A stretch of DNA of 64,000 nt from a virus, in IMG/VR virus record IMGVR_UViG_3300005096_000071, positions 27,159 through 91,158 of that record; one strand, given 5' to 3'. Positions 26,128 to 35,370 of the stretch are shown here, piece after piece; positions within the stretch are counted from its first letter, which is position 1, and each line of letters begins with the position of its first letter. Under the pieces are notes generated by a model. It was not told where the DNA came from. It did no database searches and saw nothing but the letters and a program-made list of their open reading frames with translations. The position numbers were made by a program, and so were the translations under genes.

Positions 26128-27864
26128 ATGCCGGCCGTCTGGTATCCCGGCTGCAAGGTTCGGCTTCAGGTTCGGTTCGAGGACTACTTGGATCTGCCGC
26201 CGATCGCTTTGCCTCCGTTGCTCCCTGGACCCGAAGCGTTCGGCCTCGGGGCTGAGCACCCGTTCGGCACCGGCGCGTTTCTATCTTCTGGTTTTGACCT
26301 CGTGCCGCTCAAGTGCACCGTCGAACGCAACAGCTACCGTAAGGCGGACACGTGTCGGATTGAGATCCCTTTCGCTCGCCTCCCGTTCGACCCAAAGATC
26401 GTCCGCTCACTGACGGTCCAGGTATTCGGCGGCGTCTTTGATTCGGCCGAGTACGCCGACGCCGTCGGCCCTACCGACTCGACCGGCCTGCTCCTGACAG
26501 ACTCGATTCCGATCGGCCGTCCCCTCGCCGGCATGTCGCAGGAGTTATTCCGCGGTTTCGCTGACGACGTGAAGCTGGTCGCCAACAAGACCGGCGCGCG
26601 CGTGTCGATCCAGGCCCGTGACCTAACCTCGTTCCTCATCGACAACGAGGTCCCACCGAACGCGGTGCGCGACATCCCGGGAGATGTGCCGTTGGACCTT
26701 TTAATCCAACAGATTCTGTTTGGCGACGGCATACCTAACAGCCCGCGGCGACTCGGACTTCCCGGCGTGCGCGGGCTCGTAGTGGTCAACGAAGCAACCG
26801 ACCCGCTGTCGTTCGATCCCGTCACGGGTGAGGTGTTCCTACGCCAGCCGCTCCCACCGGTGACCGACTTCAAAGGCCCGCAATGGCTCGACTCGAAGCG
26901 CTCGACAAAGAAGGGGCGCAAGATGTCGGCCGGCTCATCGCACAAAGTAACCTACTGGGATCTGATCACGGACATCTGCGTGTCCGCGGCATTCATCTGT
27001 TACATCCGGACGCCGAAGAATCCGATCGCCCTCCCGGGCGGCGGCACCATCCTTCCGTCGGCCGAGTTGGTCATCTCCCGGCCTCGTACCTACTACGCCG
27101 GCCGAGGGCAGGTCGTCCCGAGCACGGGTAACCCGGTTCCGCAGGTCCGCAAGTACATCTACGGGGTCAACGCCAACGAGGTCTCGACGACCAAGAAGTT
27201 CGCCGGTGTGAAGACCCCGACGATCGAGGTCCGGAGTTACGACATTGTGACGGGCAAGCAACTAATCGGCCGCTTCCCTCTAATCAAGAAAAAGAACAAC
27301 CGGCCGAGCGTAACGGGCACTGCCGACCACGAGGACATCAAGGTGTTCGTCCACGACGAGTTGAACTTTGGACAGGGAACGACGACCATCATCGCTCAGA
27401 AGTTTCTGGAGGAGGCCGCGCAATCGATCTATGAGCAACTCGGTCGAGGCGAGCAAACGATCAGCGTGAAGACCGTTCACATGAGCGGAATCGCTGCGAA
27501 CCTCGACGATGGCAGCGTCGCGGATAACTTTCTCCTCGAAGCGGGCGACCCCATCGAGATCGGTTTCGCCGTAGCGGAGCCCGAGGAGGGCCAGGTAAAC
27601 GTGCTGACCCTGTTCGAGGGTCAGGCCATCGACGGCCGAACGCAGGCGTACATCCTGGCAGGCGTCCCGCCCGCGGCGGCAGCACTCGCCGCTGCCGCCT
27701 CGCTGTCGCCGAAAGCACAGAAGCAGTACCGGACGCAACGCGTTGTGTTCGACTGGGACAACAACACCGGGTGGAGCTTTGACATCGAGGCGATCAACTA
27801 CCTCGACGTGCGCGACGCGGCGGACGACGCGGCCCTCGGGGCAGACGGGATCGAGATCGTATGA
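26128..27864 (+). CDS. Baseplate hub protein (gpD/Mu gp44-like)
   Basis: Position; ERNSYRKADT and ARDLTSFLID patterns. Confidence 0.7.
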   Translation: MPAVWYPGCKVRLQVRFEDYLDLPPIALPPLLPGPEAFGLGAEHPFGTGAFLSSGFDLVPLKCTVERNSYRKADTCRIEIPFARLPFDPKIVRSLTVQVFGGVFDSAEYADAVGPTDSTGLLLTDSIPIGRPLAGMSQELFRGFADDVKLVANKTGARVSIQARDLTSFLIDNEVPPNAVRDIPGDVPLDLLIQQILFGDGIPNSPRRLGLPGVRGLVVVNEATDPLSFDPVTGEVFLRQPLPPVTDFKGPQWLDSKRSTKKGRKMSAGSSHKVTYWDLITDICVSAAFICYIRTPKNPIALPGGGTILPSAELVISRPRTYYAGRGQVVPSTGNPVPQVRKYIYGVNANEVSTTKKFAGVKTPTIEVRSYDIVTGKQLIGRFPLIKKKNNRPSVTGTADHEDIKVFVHDELNFGQGTTTIIAQKFLEEAAQSIYEQLGRGEQTISVKTVHMSGIAANLDDGSVADNFLLEAGDPIEIGFAVAEPEEGQVNVLTLFEGQAIDGRTQAYILAGVPPAAAALAAAASLSPKAQKQYRTQRVVFDWDNNTGWSFDIEAINYLDVRDAADDAALGADGIEIV

Positions 27865-28811
27865 GGCCGAAGCTGATAACCGACGGCCGGCGCATTATGT
27901 CGCCAGACCCAAACAAGATGCGCTCCGCCCTGAGCGCGCCGCCGAAGATGTCGTCATCGTTCGCGACGGTGGGGCATGTGGCCGACGAGCTGATCGGGTT
28001 GCCTGAGCCGACACCGTCGTTCGCTCGACTTGAGCAAGGCCAAGTGTTCGTCGAGGTCACGATCCAGCCGGAGGGGGATCAGGTCATCGCGCGGCTCGGC
28101 ATGCCCGCGGCTGGCGTGGGCGCGGGGTGGTACATGAACCTGTCGTTCGGGTGCCGCGTGCTCCTCGAATATCCGAGAGACAACCCGACGAACGCCACGA
28201 TCGTCGCGCGACTCCACGACCAGGAATGCTCATTTCCGACCGACGTCGCCGGAGTGCAGACGGGCGCCGCCGTCGCCGTCGCCCCAAAGGTTGGCGTCCC
28301 GGCTCCGATGTGGCAGTTCATGAAGACCGCGGCGGGCGAGTTGCTCGCGATCGAGACCGGGCCGCTCGGCGACATCCTGATCCACAGCGGAGGGAGCGTC
28401 GAGATAAAGGCGGCCCCGGCCATCGGAGCGATCCATCTCAACGGCCGCGTCGCCATGGGAGAGGGTACCTTGACCCCTCCAGTTGGCGCGACGGTCGGCC
28501 CTGCGGGCGTCACCATCCCGGGGATCCCTGCGGTGCCGTCTATCCCGATCCCCGCCGTCCCGAACATCCCAGCGCCGCCTAAGACGATCGTCCCCTACAT
28601 CGGACTGCGCGACGGCGTGGTGCGATCGAAGGATCGAATGCAGAGCCACGCGGCCGTCGATCCGGACTTCTGGCTTTGGGTCACAGCGGTGCATGCCCAC
28701 CCGGTGATCCTTGCACTGCTGAGTGCGGCAGGCATCACGCCACCGCTCGCGGTACACTCCGAGCATAGCGGGCTCGGGGGACCGGGCTCGCAGCACACCG
28801 CGAGCGACTGA
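27861..28811 (+). CDS. Baseplate spike (gpV/Mu gp45-like)
   Basis: OB-fold-like N part (G.RVLLEY...NP...IV.RL), beta-rich middle, His residues near C-terminus. Confidence 0.65.
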   Translation: MRPKLITDGRRIMSPDPNKMRSALSAPPKMSSSFATVGHVADELIGLPEPTPSFARLEQGQVFVEVTIQPEGDQVIARLGMPAAGVGAGWYMNLSFGCRVLLEYPRDNPTNATIVARLHDQECSFPTDVAGVQTGAAVAVAPKVGVPAPMWQFMKTAAGELLAIETGPLGDILIHSGGSVEIKAAPAIGAIHLNGRVAMGEGTLTPPVGATVGPAGVTIPGIPAVPSIPIPAVPNIPAPPKTIVPYIGLRDGVVRSKDRMQSHAAVDPDFWLWVTAVHAHPVILALLSAAGITPPLAVHSEHSGLGGPGSQHTASD

Positions 28812-29248
28812 TGCCCACCAACACCGCGATCCTCGACGCAGGTACCCCCGCCCTCGGCAACCCTCCGGACCCGGCGGACCAGGACGCGCTTCAATACGGG
28901 AACGCCCTCGCCGGCGTGTGGGGCAGCGAAGCCACCCCCTCTGGCTACGGCAGCTACCTACGGGGCAGGATCCCCACGCTGTTCGGATCCCTCAACATCA
29001 CGGGCAACTCGATCGAGTTGGCCCAGCCCGGTGCGGTTATCGCGGTCGTCGTCACTACGGGGGGAGACCCGGGGGCGAAGATACTCCGGCCGTTCGGCAC
29101 CCCCACGACCTCCGAGGTGCTCGTGGAGTACAACAACGACGGCACCCCGACGCTAACGTTCACGGCCGCGACCCGGTGTTACGTGCACCAGATGCTGATC
29201 CCCGCCGAGTTCGTTGCCCATTTGGACGCTGAGGCGTCGCCCCCGTGA
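28811..29248 (+). CDS. Putative virion protein
   Basis: TGATG-coupled ORF in baseplate operon. Confidence 0.65.
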   Translation: MPTNTAILDAGTPALGNPPDPADQDALQYGNALAGVWGSEATPSGYGSYLRGRIPTLFGSLNITGNSIELAQPGAVIAVVVTTGGDPGAKILRPFGTPTTSEVLVEYNNDGTPTLTFTAATRCYVHQMLIPAEFVAHLDAEASPP

Positions 29249-29505
29249 GCTACCGGCCGTCCCATCGCGTCTCAAAGAGGATCAGCGCGGTGCTGCTCCG
29301 GGCGATGGAGCGCGGCGTCCTCCCCGGGGCCGGCTACCTGGAGCGGTCGGCATGCGTCGAGGTCCTCACGAGCCGGGGGCTAGCCCCCGGGCAACGTGTT
29401 GTGATGGGGCGCCTATGGTGCCGATTCGGCGCGGACGTCCCTGTCGCCTTGCTCACGCCGGGCCGCACCGAGGACGACGATATGGTCCAAGCGCTCGCCG
29501 GGTAG
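29245..29505 (+). CDS. Hypothetical protein
   Basis: GTGA-coupled. Confidence 0.5.
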   Translation: MSYRPSHRVSKRISAVLLRAMERGVLPGAGYLERSACVEVLTSRGLAPGQRVVMGRLWCRFGADVPVALLTPGRTEDDDMVQALAG

Positions 29506-29518
29506 TACTATGGCTGGC

Positions 29519-30676
29519 ATGGCCGCGGCTCTGATCAGGATCGACCAAGCTGCGCACCCCACTGTCCCGGTAGGTACGGCGGGCCGGGCGCGCGACGACA
29601 TCTTGGTGAGCCAGACGGTGACGCTGGTCAACAACAACAACACCGGCGTACGGAGCTGGCGGTGGGAGATCGTCGATCAGCCAGACATCGCCGCCCCGGT
29701 GGCGCTGAGCAACCCGACGGCAGCGAGCCCGACGTTTGTCCCATCCGCAACCCCGGGGACCTACCTGATCCAGTTGACGGTGAACGAGGGCCGCACCGGA
29801 GAGAAGATCCGGACTGTCGCGGCGATCCGGGACTCGAACGGCCTACGGATCCCGGCGGCCGGAGAACAGAGTGAGGCCAACTGGGACGACGCTAGCGGGA
29901 GTCCAAACCCGCGAGGGTGGCAGCCCGAGATGCGCCTGACGCTGGAGGCCGCCTCTGCTTCCGGTCCCGCCGCTGAGTACGTGCTTGACTTCTCTACTCT
30001 CGCGAGCGAGACGTTGGCGGACGCGCAGGTGACGGCACAGAACGGCCTGGCCTGGACGGTGCAACTGGCCGCCGCGGACGATCTTTCGTTCGTCAGCGGC
30101 ATTGGGTTACGGGCGCAGATCACCGACACGAACACAACGTACGACGGCAACAGCGCGACCTGCTCGTATCTACAGGCTTCCTTTGCGGACATCTATGCGA
30201 GGCTCTCTGCGATCGCTGGAAGCGTGATCGACGTCCGCAACCGGATCGAAATCTATCTACAGTACGCAAGTCCGCCCACAGACGACAACAACCAGATCGT
30301 CGGCATCGGAGCGCGCGGGATTAGCGGCACCCCAGCGTCATCGAGCGGGCGACTGCGTGGCTCAGGTTTCGAGCACGACGGGACCCGTCAAAACGTCGTG
30401 ACATTCTCCGACACACTACGCGATCTCATGCGCACCTACGACACGCACGACACCGCAGGGCTTATCCTTGGGCCCGGCGTCGCGCAAAGTGTCTGGGGCA
30501 TATGGGCAGGGACGCTTGACGGGACCAATTTTGATGTTGAGATGGCGCACGCCCCCCCCCAGACGACCGAGCCGATCAAGATTCCGGACAACCTTCTGGG
30601 CATCTTTTTTCGCGGCACGGCGTCGTCGTCGTACGTATCTGACGTCGAGAGCGTGACGATTAGGGCCTACCTATGA
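29519..30676 (+). CDS. Virion protein with N-terminal PKD/Ig-like domain
   Basis: SWRWEIVDQP...LSNPTAASPTF.P...GTYLIQLTVN. Confidence 0.75.
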   Translation: MAAALIRIDQAAHPTVPVGTAGRARDDILVSQTVTLVNNNNTGVRSWRWEIVDQPDIAAPVALSNPTAASPTFVPSATPGTYLIQLTVNEGRTGEKIRTVAAIRDSNGLRIPAAGEQSEANWDDASGSPNPRGWQPEMRLTLEAASASGPAAEYVLDFSTLASETLADAQVTAQNGLAWTVQLAAADDLSFVSGIGLRAQITDTNTTYDGNSATCSYLQASFADIYARLSAIAGSVIDVRNRIEIYLQYASPPTDDNNQIVGIGARGISGTPASSSGRLRGSGFEHDGTRQNVVTFSDTLRDLMRTYDTHDTAGLILGPGVAQSVWGIWAGTLDGTNFDVEMAHAPPQTTEPIKIPDNLLGIFFRGTASSSYVSDVESVTIRAYL

Positions 30677-31059
30677 ACTGCGGAGCAAGCGAGATCAATG
30701 GGCCTGGCTCTGGCTCATCGGCCGACCCGTACATCGTGTGGGTCGGCCGAAACTGGGGGATCCGCGCTCGCCTTCGCGACCGCCGGACGGGCAACAGCGA
30801 AAACCTCACCGGCTACACGGGAACGGCGACGTTGCGGCGCTCCTCGGCCGACGAGGGCGTCCCCCCTGCGACCGCGACCGTCACAGTCATCACCGCCGCC
30901 TCTGGACGCTATGAGGTCACTCTAGCCGCTGACGACCTCGTGGGCATCGCCCCAGGTCGCTATGTTATGGACGCCGTGTTCGAGAACGACGTCGATGACA
31001 CCGATCGGCATTTCGCCGGGTTCTTTCACCTCCTGCTCATCCGGAGCGTGACCACATGA
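30673..31059 (+). CDS. BppU-N-like tail/baseplate protein
   Basis: NLTGYT..A.LR, G...V.L....L.PGRYV.D. Confidence 0.7.
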   Translation: MNCGASEINGPGSGSSADPYIVWVGRNWGIRARLRDRRTGNSENLTGYTGTATLRRSSADEGVPPATATVTVITAASGRYEVTLAADDLVGIAPGRYVMDAVFENDVDDTDRHFAGFFHLLLIRSVTT

Positions 31060-31151
31060 ACGCCGAGGTGGAAGTGGAGGCCGTCCTCGGGACTTACGTC
31101 GAGGTGGAGGCCGTGTTGGGCACCGAGGTGGAGGTGGAGGCGGTTCTGTGA
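31056..31151 (+). CDS. 31-aa acidic triple-repeat micropeptide MNAEVEVEAVLGTYVEVEAVLGTEVEVEAVL
   Basis: ATGA overlap upstream and GTGA overlap downstream; repeats differ almost only at synonymous sites. Confidence 0.7.
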   Translation: MNAEVEVEAVLGTYVEVEAVLGTEVEVEAVL

Positions 31152-32032
31152 GCGTGTTCGGAGCCACGCCGTTCGGCCCAACCCCGGGCCCATTTGGAGG
31201 CCCAGGCACCATCACGCTGATTGGGATCCTCCCCGCGGGGATCAATGAGGTGATCGCGGTGTTTGACGTCGCCCCGTTGGCTGATGATCCGGAGGGGTTC
31301 GATAGCGCGACCAATCCGAAAAACTGGACCATGGGAGCGGTGGACCCGTCGATCGTGAGCACGGCGGATCCGAGCGTGCTCTACATCCCGACCTCGGAGA
31401 TCGTCCCGACCTACACACCGGACGTCGGCGAGGCGGTCCAGGACGACGAGACCCCAGAACAGATCCATCTGTACATGGAGGGCCCCATGGAGGCGCTCGT
31501 CCGCTACCTCGTGACAGCGGAGCCGGCTCTATCGGGCGCGTCGTGCGAGACGCTTGTGGGTACAACAACCCGTGGATTCCGCGCGCCAGACCGTGGCCCC
31601 CGCCGGCGCTCGCGGCTCGTCCAGGAGGACCGGTATCGCGATTGGGCTTTCGAGTTCTTCCCGAAGGACCCGAAGCAACCCGAGGCAACGTGGCGCCATG
31701 AAGCAAGTGGGGACATCGCGCTACACGACGGCGATGCCTCGCTAAAGAAGCGCATTCTACGCCGCATGATGACGGACCGCGGCGCGTTCTCGCATATGCC
31801 GGACTATGGGCTCCAGGTCCACATCAAACGGCTAGCCCGCAACGGCAACATGCAGGCGATGGTCAACGACATCTCTGAGCAGGTCCGGCAGGAGCCTGAC
31901 GTCCAGATGGTAGGCGTCACCGCAACCATTCAGAATGTCCCCGGCCGCCACTCCGCCGAGGTCCAGATCTTCATCCGGCGGCGGGAACGATTTGACTCTC
32001 GGTTCACGTTTGAGGTTCCGCTGGGGCCCTAG
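31148..32032 (+). CDS. Baseplate wedge protein (Ig-like N-terminus plus gp25/gpW-like C-terminus)
   Basis: SLKKRILRRMMT.RG...HMPDYGL...I..QVRQEPDV. Confidence 0.78.
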   Translation: MSVFGATPFGPTPGPFGGPGTITLIGILPAGINEVIAVFDVAPLADDPEGFDSATNPKNWTMGAVDPSIVSTADPSVLYIPTSEIVPTYTPDVGEAVQDDETPEQIHLYMEGPMEALVRYLVTAEPALSGASCETLVGTTTRGFRAPDRGPRRRSRLVQEDRYRDWAFEFFPKDPKQPEATWRHEASGDIALHDGDASLKKRILRRMMTDRGAFSHMPDYGLQVHIKRLARNGNMQAMVNDISEQVRQEPDVQMVGVTATIQNVPGRHSAEVQIFIRRRERFDSRFTFEVPLGP

Positions 32033-32047
32033 TGGTACACTGCGGCC

Positions 32048-33163
32048 GTGCCGGCACCCACGTACGAGGATCTGTTCGAGACCGGCGTGCGCGAGTTGTT
32101 GATCGCGCCGACCCGGTACAACCCTTTGATCGCACGCGACGAGGGTAGCGACGTCAACGTCGCACTCGCGTGGGCAGCGGCGATGGCGGATGAGTGCAGC
32201 CGGTTCCTCCAGACTGCCTTCGCTGAGACGCACCTGGGGACCGCTGCGGCGGTCTCGACGGAGTCGCTGCAGCGGTGGGCCTACGATCGTTACCGGCTCA
32301 CGAAGCGGGACGAGCAGGCCGCTGTGGTGACGCTACGGCTGCAGCGCACCGACACGTCCTTCGGCTTCACGGTCGGCACCGATTCGCAATTCTCAACCCC
32401 CGCCGGGATCACGTTCCGGACGGTCAACGACGTGGTGTTCCCTGACGGGCAGGTCGGCCCGTTCGACGTGGTGGCGGTCGCGGAATCGACTGGCACCATC
32501 GGGCGCGTCGCAGCCGCCGGGATCACCGTCGTGGTGAGCCAGCTCGAAGACGCGACCCTCTCGGTCACGAACCCCGAGCCCTCGGCCGGTGGCACCGATG
32601 AGGAGACCGACGCCGAGTTCGAGAGTCGCGTCCGTGACTTTTTCCTGACCGGCCGACGCGGCACGATCACGGCCATCCGCGAAGGCGCCCGCGATACCCC
32701 CGGGGTGACGCAGGTCCAGGTCCAGGAGTTCCTCGATCCCGAGGGGGACCCGGCCTACCGCGGACAGGTGATCATCTCGGACGACTCCGGCCAGGCAAAC
32801 TCAGCCCTAGCCGATCGCGTCGTCCTCAACCTCGCCGAGTTCCGCGGTATGGGGGTGCCGGCTATCGTCATCGCAGGCACCCCGCTGTTCGTCGAGGTCG
32901 TCGTGGTCGGTGTGCAGTTCGTCGCTGAGTCCAACACGACCACGGTGATCCAGGAGGCGCGCAACGCCATCTTCGCGGCGATCAACGCGCTGGCGCCATC
33001 GCAGACGCTGGAGTCGGCGCTGATCATCGCGGCGCTCAAGTCGGTTTCGAACCTGATCGTCCCTCTTGGATCTGTCACGGCACCGGCCGGCGACCTCGTG
33101 CCCGATATTGGCCGAGTCATCCGGACCACCCTTGATCGCATCTCGATCAACGGGGTTACATGA
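32048..33163 (+). CDS. Baseplate J-like protein
   Basis: VTNPEPSAGGTDEETDAEF..RV...RRGT..AI. Confidence 0.92.
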   Translation: MPAPTYEDLFETGVRELLIAPTRYNPLIARDEGSDVNVALAWAAAMADECSRFLQTAFAETHLGTAAAVSTESLQRWAYDRYRLTKRDEQAAVVTLRLQRTDTSFGFTVGTDSQFSTPAGITFRTVNDVVFPDGQVGPFDVVAVAESTGTIGRVAAAGITVVVSQLEDATLSVTNPEPSAGGTDEETDAEFESRVRDFFLTGRRGTITAIREGARDTPGVTQVQVQEFLDPEGDPAYRGQVIISDDSGQANSALADRVVLNLAEFRGMGVPAIVIAGTPLFVEVVVVGVQFVAESNTTTVIQEARNAIFAAINALAPSQTLESALIIAALKSVSNLIVPLGSVTAPAGDLVPDIGRVIRTTLDRISINGVT

Positions 33164-33474
33164 GCGGCGGGTACACCAGTTTCGGGCGATACTTTTGCCC
33201 GCGGTGTGTGTGTCGTCGCGAGTTCATCAGCGACGATCCGCAGCAAGCAGACGCCAACCTCGGTGAGTGCGTCGAGTGCGGCTACCAGCACGGGTACGTG
33301 TCGGATGAGATCACCGGGGAGCGCCGGCCTCGCCTCACCCCGGAGATGGTCGCAAAGGCTCGCGCCAGGTTCACCGAGGAGTGGCGGGCCACGATGGTCT
33401 CGTCCGGCGTCCGCTTGGAGGCGTTCACAGGTCAAGCGATGCCGCACCGACTACACGAGGGAGGGGAGCACTAG
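33160..33474 (+). CDS. Small Zn-ribbon protein
   Basis: CPRC...CVECG; coupled on both sides. Confidence 0.6.
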   Translation: MSGGYTSFGRYFCPRCVCRREFISDDPQQADANLGECVECGYQHGYVSDEITGERRPRLTPEMVAKARARFTEEWRATMVSSGVRLEAFTGQAMPHRLHEGGEH

Positions 33475-35361
33475 ATGCCGCAAGTACGCAGCGCGTTGTC
33501 GGTCGAGGACTTCATGGAGGTGTTCCGCAAGGTCACCCCGATCGAGTACTCGCAAGCGATCGAGACTGATCCCGCCGGCTCGGTCGCCCTCATCCGTTCG
33601 ATCGCCAAGATCTTCGCCGAGGTTGCGAACCGCGGGCTCTCATCGGCCCAGAGTTGTTTCTTCATCCCCTACCAGACGCAAGCGGGCGAGCCGGCATCCT
33701 CGGCCACGTTCGCGGAGTTCACCGCTGTGGTGCAGAGGACCGAGGACAGGTTCCGTCATTTGGTAATGATCCCGGGCGCCCTGACCCTGGAGGGCTCGCA
33801 GCGCAGGATCTACCGCAACGTAGAGCTGATCGAGTGGGAGCCGTTCGACACGACCGAGCGCACCATCACGTTCCGGTGCGAGGCGATCGGCGAGGTCGGG
33901 AACCTCGACCATATCGCCGATCCAAACGGGCGGATCACGAAGCAGGACGAGACGACACCCGACACCGACGCAGTGTTCATCGCTAATCAGTCGTACGACC
34001 GCACGAGTATCAACGCGAGTATCGAGCCGGGGACCGCCGCTATACCCCGCACCCGGCTCGTCGATTCGGGCCTGCCGGATCAGTTCGTCGCCACCGACGT
34101 TGGGCTCTACGTCCGTCTGCCGGTGGCGAACGCGAACAACATCGGGCGAGTGATGCGGATCATCGGATACGCAGAGGCTTCGGCCCCCGAGGCTGACGGG
34201 AGGCTGCGCCGCTCGGTCGAGGTCGACGACGGCCCCCAACGCTTCCGCCTGATGTCGGCAGTCCTGGAGGACAACAGCGCGGTGTTTTTTTCGGGCCAAA
34301 CCGCGGTCGCGAACGGCGACGTCGTGGGGACCGTCCAGCTACTCCCCGACCCTTTGGGGACCGACGACGCTTTCTACGTCGGCGGTGTGTCTGGGGACGG
34401 CCCACCATCATCGGTGGTGTTCAACATCTCGGTGGCCGGCGTCGGCTCGTGGGCGCTTGCCTGGGAATACTGGGACGGAGCCGCCTGGCAGCCGCTCCCC
34501 GACCTCAACGATCGGACCGCGGCCTTCACCCTGCCGGGCGAGGCTGAGGTCTCGTGGACCGTCCCAGTGGGCTGGGCGACCAACACGATCGACGGGGTCA
34601 CCGCGTACCATGCCCGGGCTCGGGTCACGAGCGTGGCGCCGACGCTGACGACGCAGCCGCGCGCCTCATCCGGTGGGGTCTACCTACTCCACCCTGACCC
34701 GTTGACGGCTGAGGTCGGCGTGGTGACGTGGCAGGTCCTCGACTGGCGAGACCTCGGCCTATCCCTGACCTCGATCAATGCGGCGACCGGCGGCAAGGAC
34801 AACGTCCTGGGGCTCGTCGGGGAGGAGCGCGGGATGCACCAACAGACAGACGAGACAGACGACACGTTCCGTGCGCGCATCTCGAAGCTGCCGGACACCA
34901 TAAGCCCGAACGCGATCGCCCGGGCGGTCAACCGGATCCTCCAGCCGTTCGGGTTCAGGGGGCGTTCCATCGACCTCGCGGCAAACGGAGCCGGCGACCT
35001 ATTCGAGGGGTTCTACTGCGACATCGACGCGTGCGACTACTACGAGCCCGGCGACGCCTTCCCACTCAACACCACCAAGCTGATGCTTTCGCGCGGCGAG
35101 TCGAAGGGTTGGTTCTTCGTTTACGTACCATACCTTGGGTTCGGAGACTTTGGGATCGGCGTCGACGAGGGGCCGGTCTTACAACTCGACTCTGGCGAGT
35201 TCATCGGAAGTGCGGCAGACTCGGGATTCCTCGACGGCTATCCGGTTGATGGCAACGCGGCCTACCGGGCAATCCACGAGGTCCTCACGAAGATCAAGCT
35301 GTGGCGGGTGGGGTTCACCATCATCCGGGATCCAACATTGAACGCCGCGCCATGCCCATAG
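33475..35361 (+). CDS. Baseplate wedge/tail fibre attachment protein (gpI/gp48-like with insertion)
   Basis: ERG..QQ.DETDDTFRARI...PDTISPNAI; WEYWDGAAW domain; SD GAGGGG. Confidence 0.7.
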   Translation: MPQVRSALSVEDFMEVFRKVTPIEYSQAIETDPAGSVALIRSIAKIFAEVANRGLSSAQSCFFIPYQTQAGEPASSATFAEFTAVVQRTEDRFRHLVMIPGALTLEGSQRRIYRNVELIEWEPFDTTERTITFRCEAIGEVGNLDHIADPNGRITKQDETTPDTDAVFIANQSYDRTSINASIEPGTAAIPRTRLVDSGLPDQFVATDVGLYVRLPVANANNIGRVMRIIGYAEASAPEADGRLRRSVEVDDGPQRFRLMSAVLEDNSAVFFSGQTAVANGDVVGTVQLLPDPLGTDDAFYVGGVSGDGPPSSVVFNISVAGVGSWALAWEYWDGAAWQPLPDLNDRTAAFTLPGEAEVSWTVPVGWATNTIDGVTAYHARARVTSVAPTLTTQPRASSGGVYLLHPDPLTAEVGVVTWQVLDWRDLGLSLTSINAATGGKDNVLGLVGEERGMHQQTDETDDTFRARISKLPDTISPNAIARAVNRILQPFGFRGRSIDLAANGAGDLFEGFYCDIDACDYYEPGDAFPLNTTKLMLSRGESKGWFFVYVPYLGFGDFGIGVDEGPVLQLDSGEFIGSAADSGFLDGYPVDGNAAYRAIHEVLTKIKLWRVGFTIIRDPTLNAAPCP

Positions 35362-35370
35362 GAGCACACC

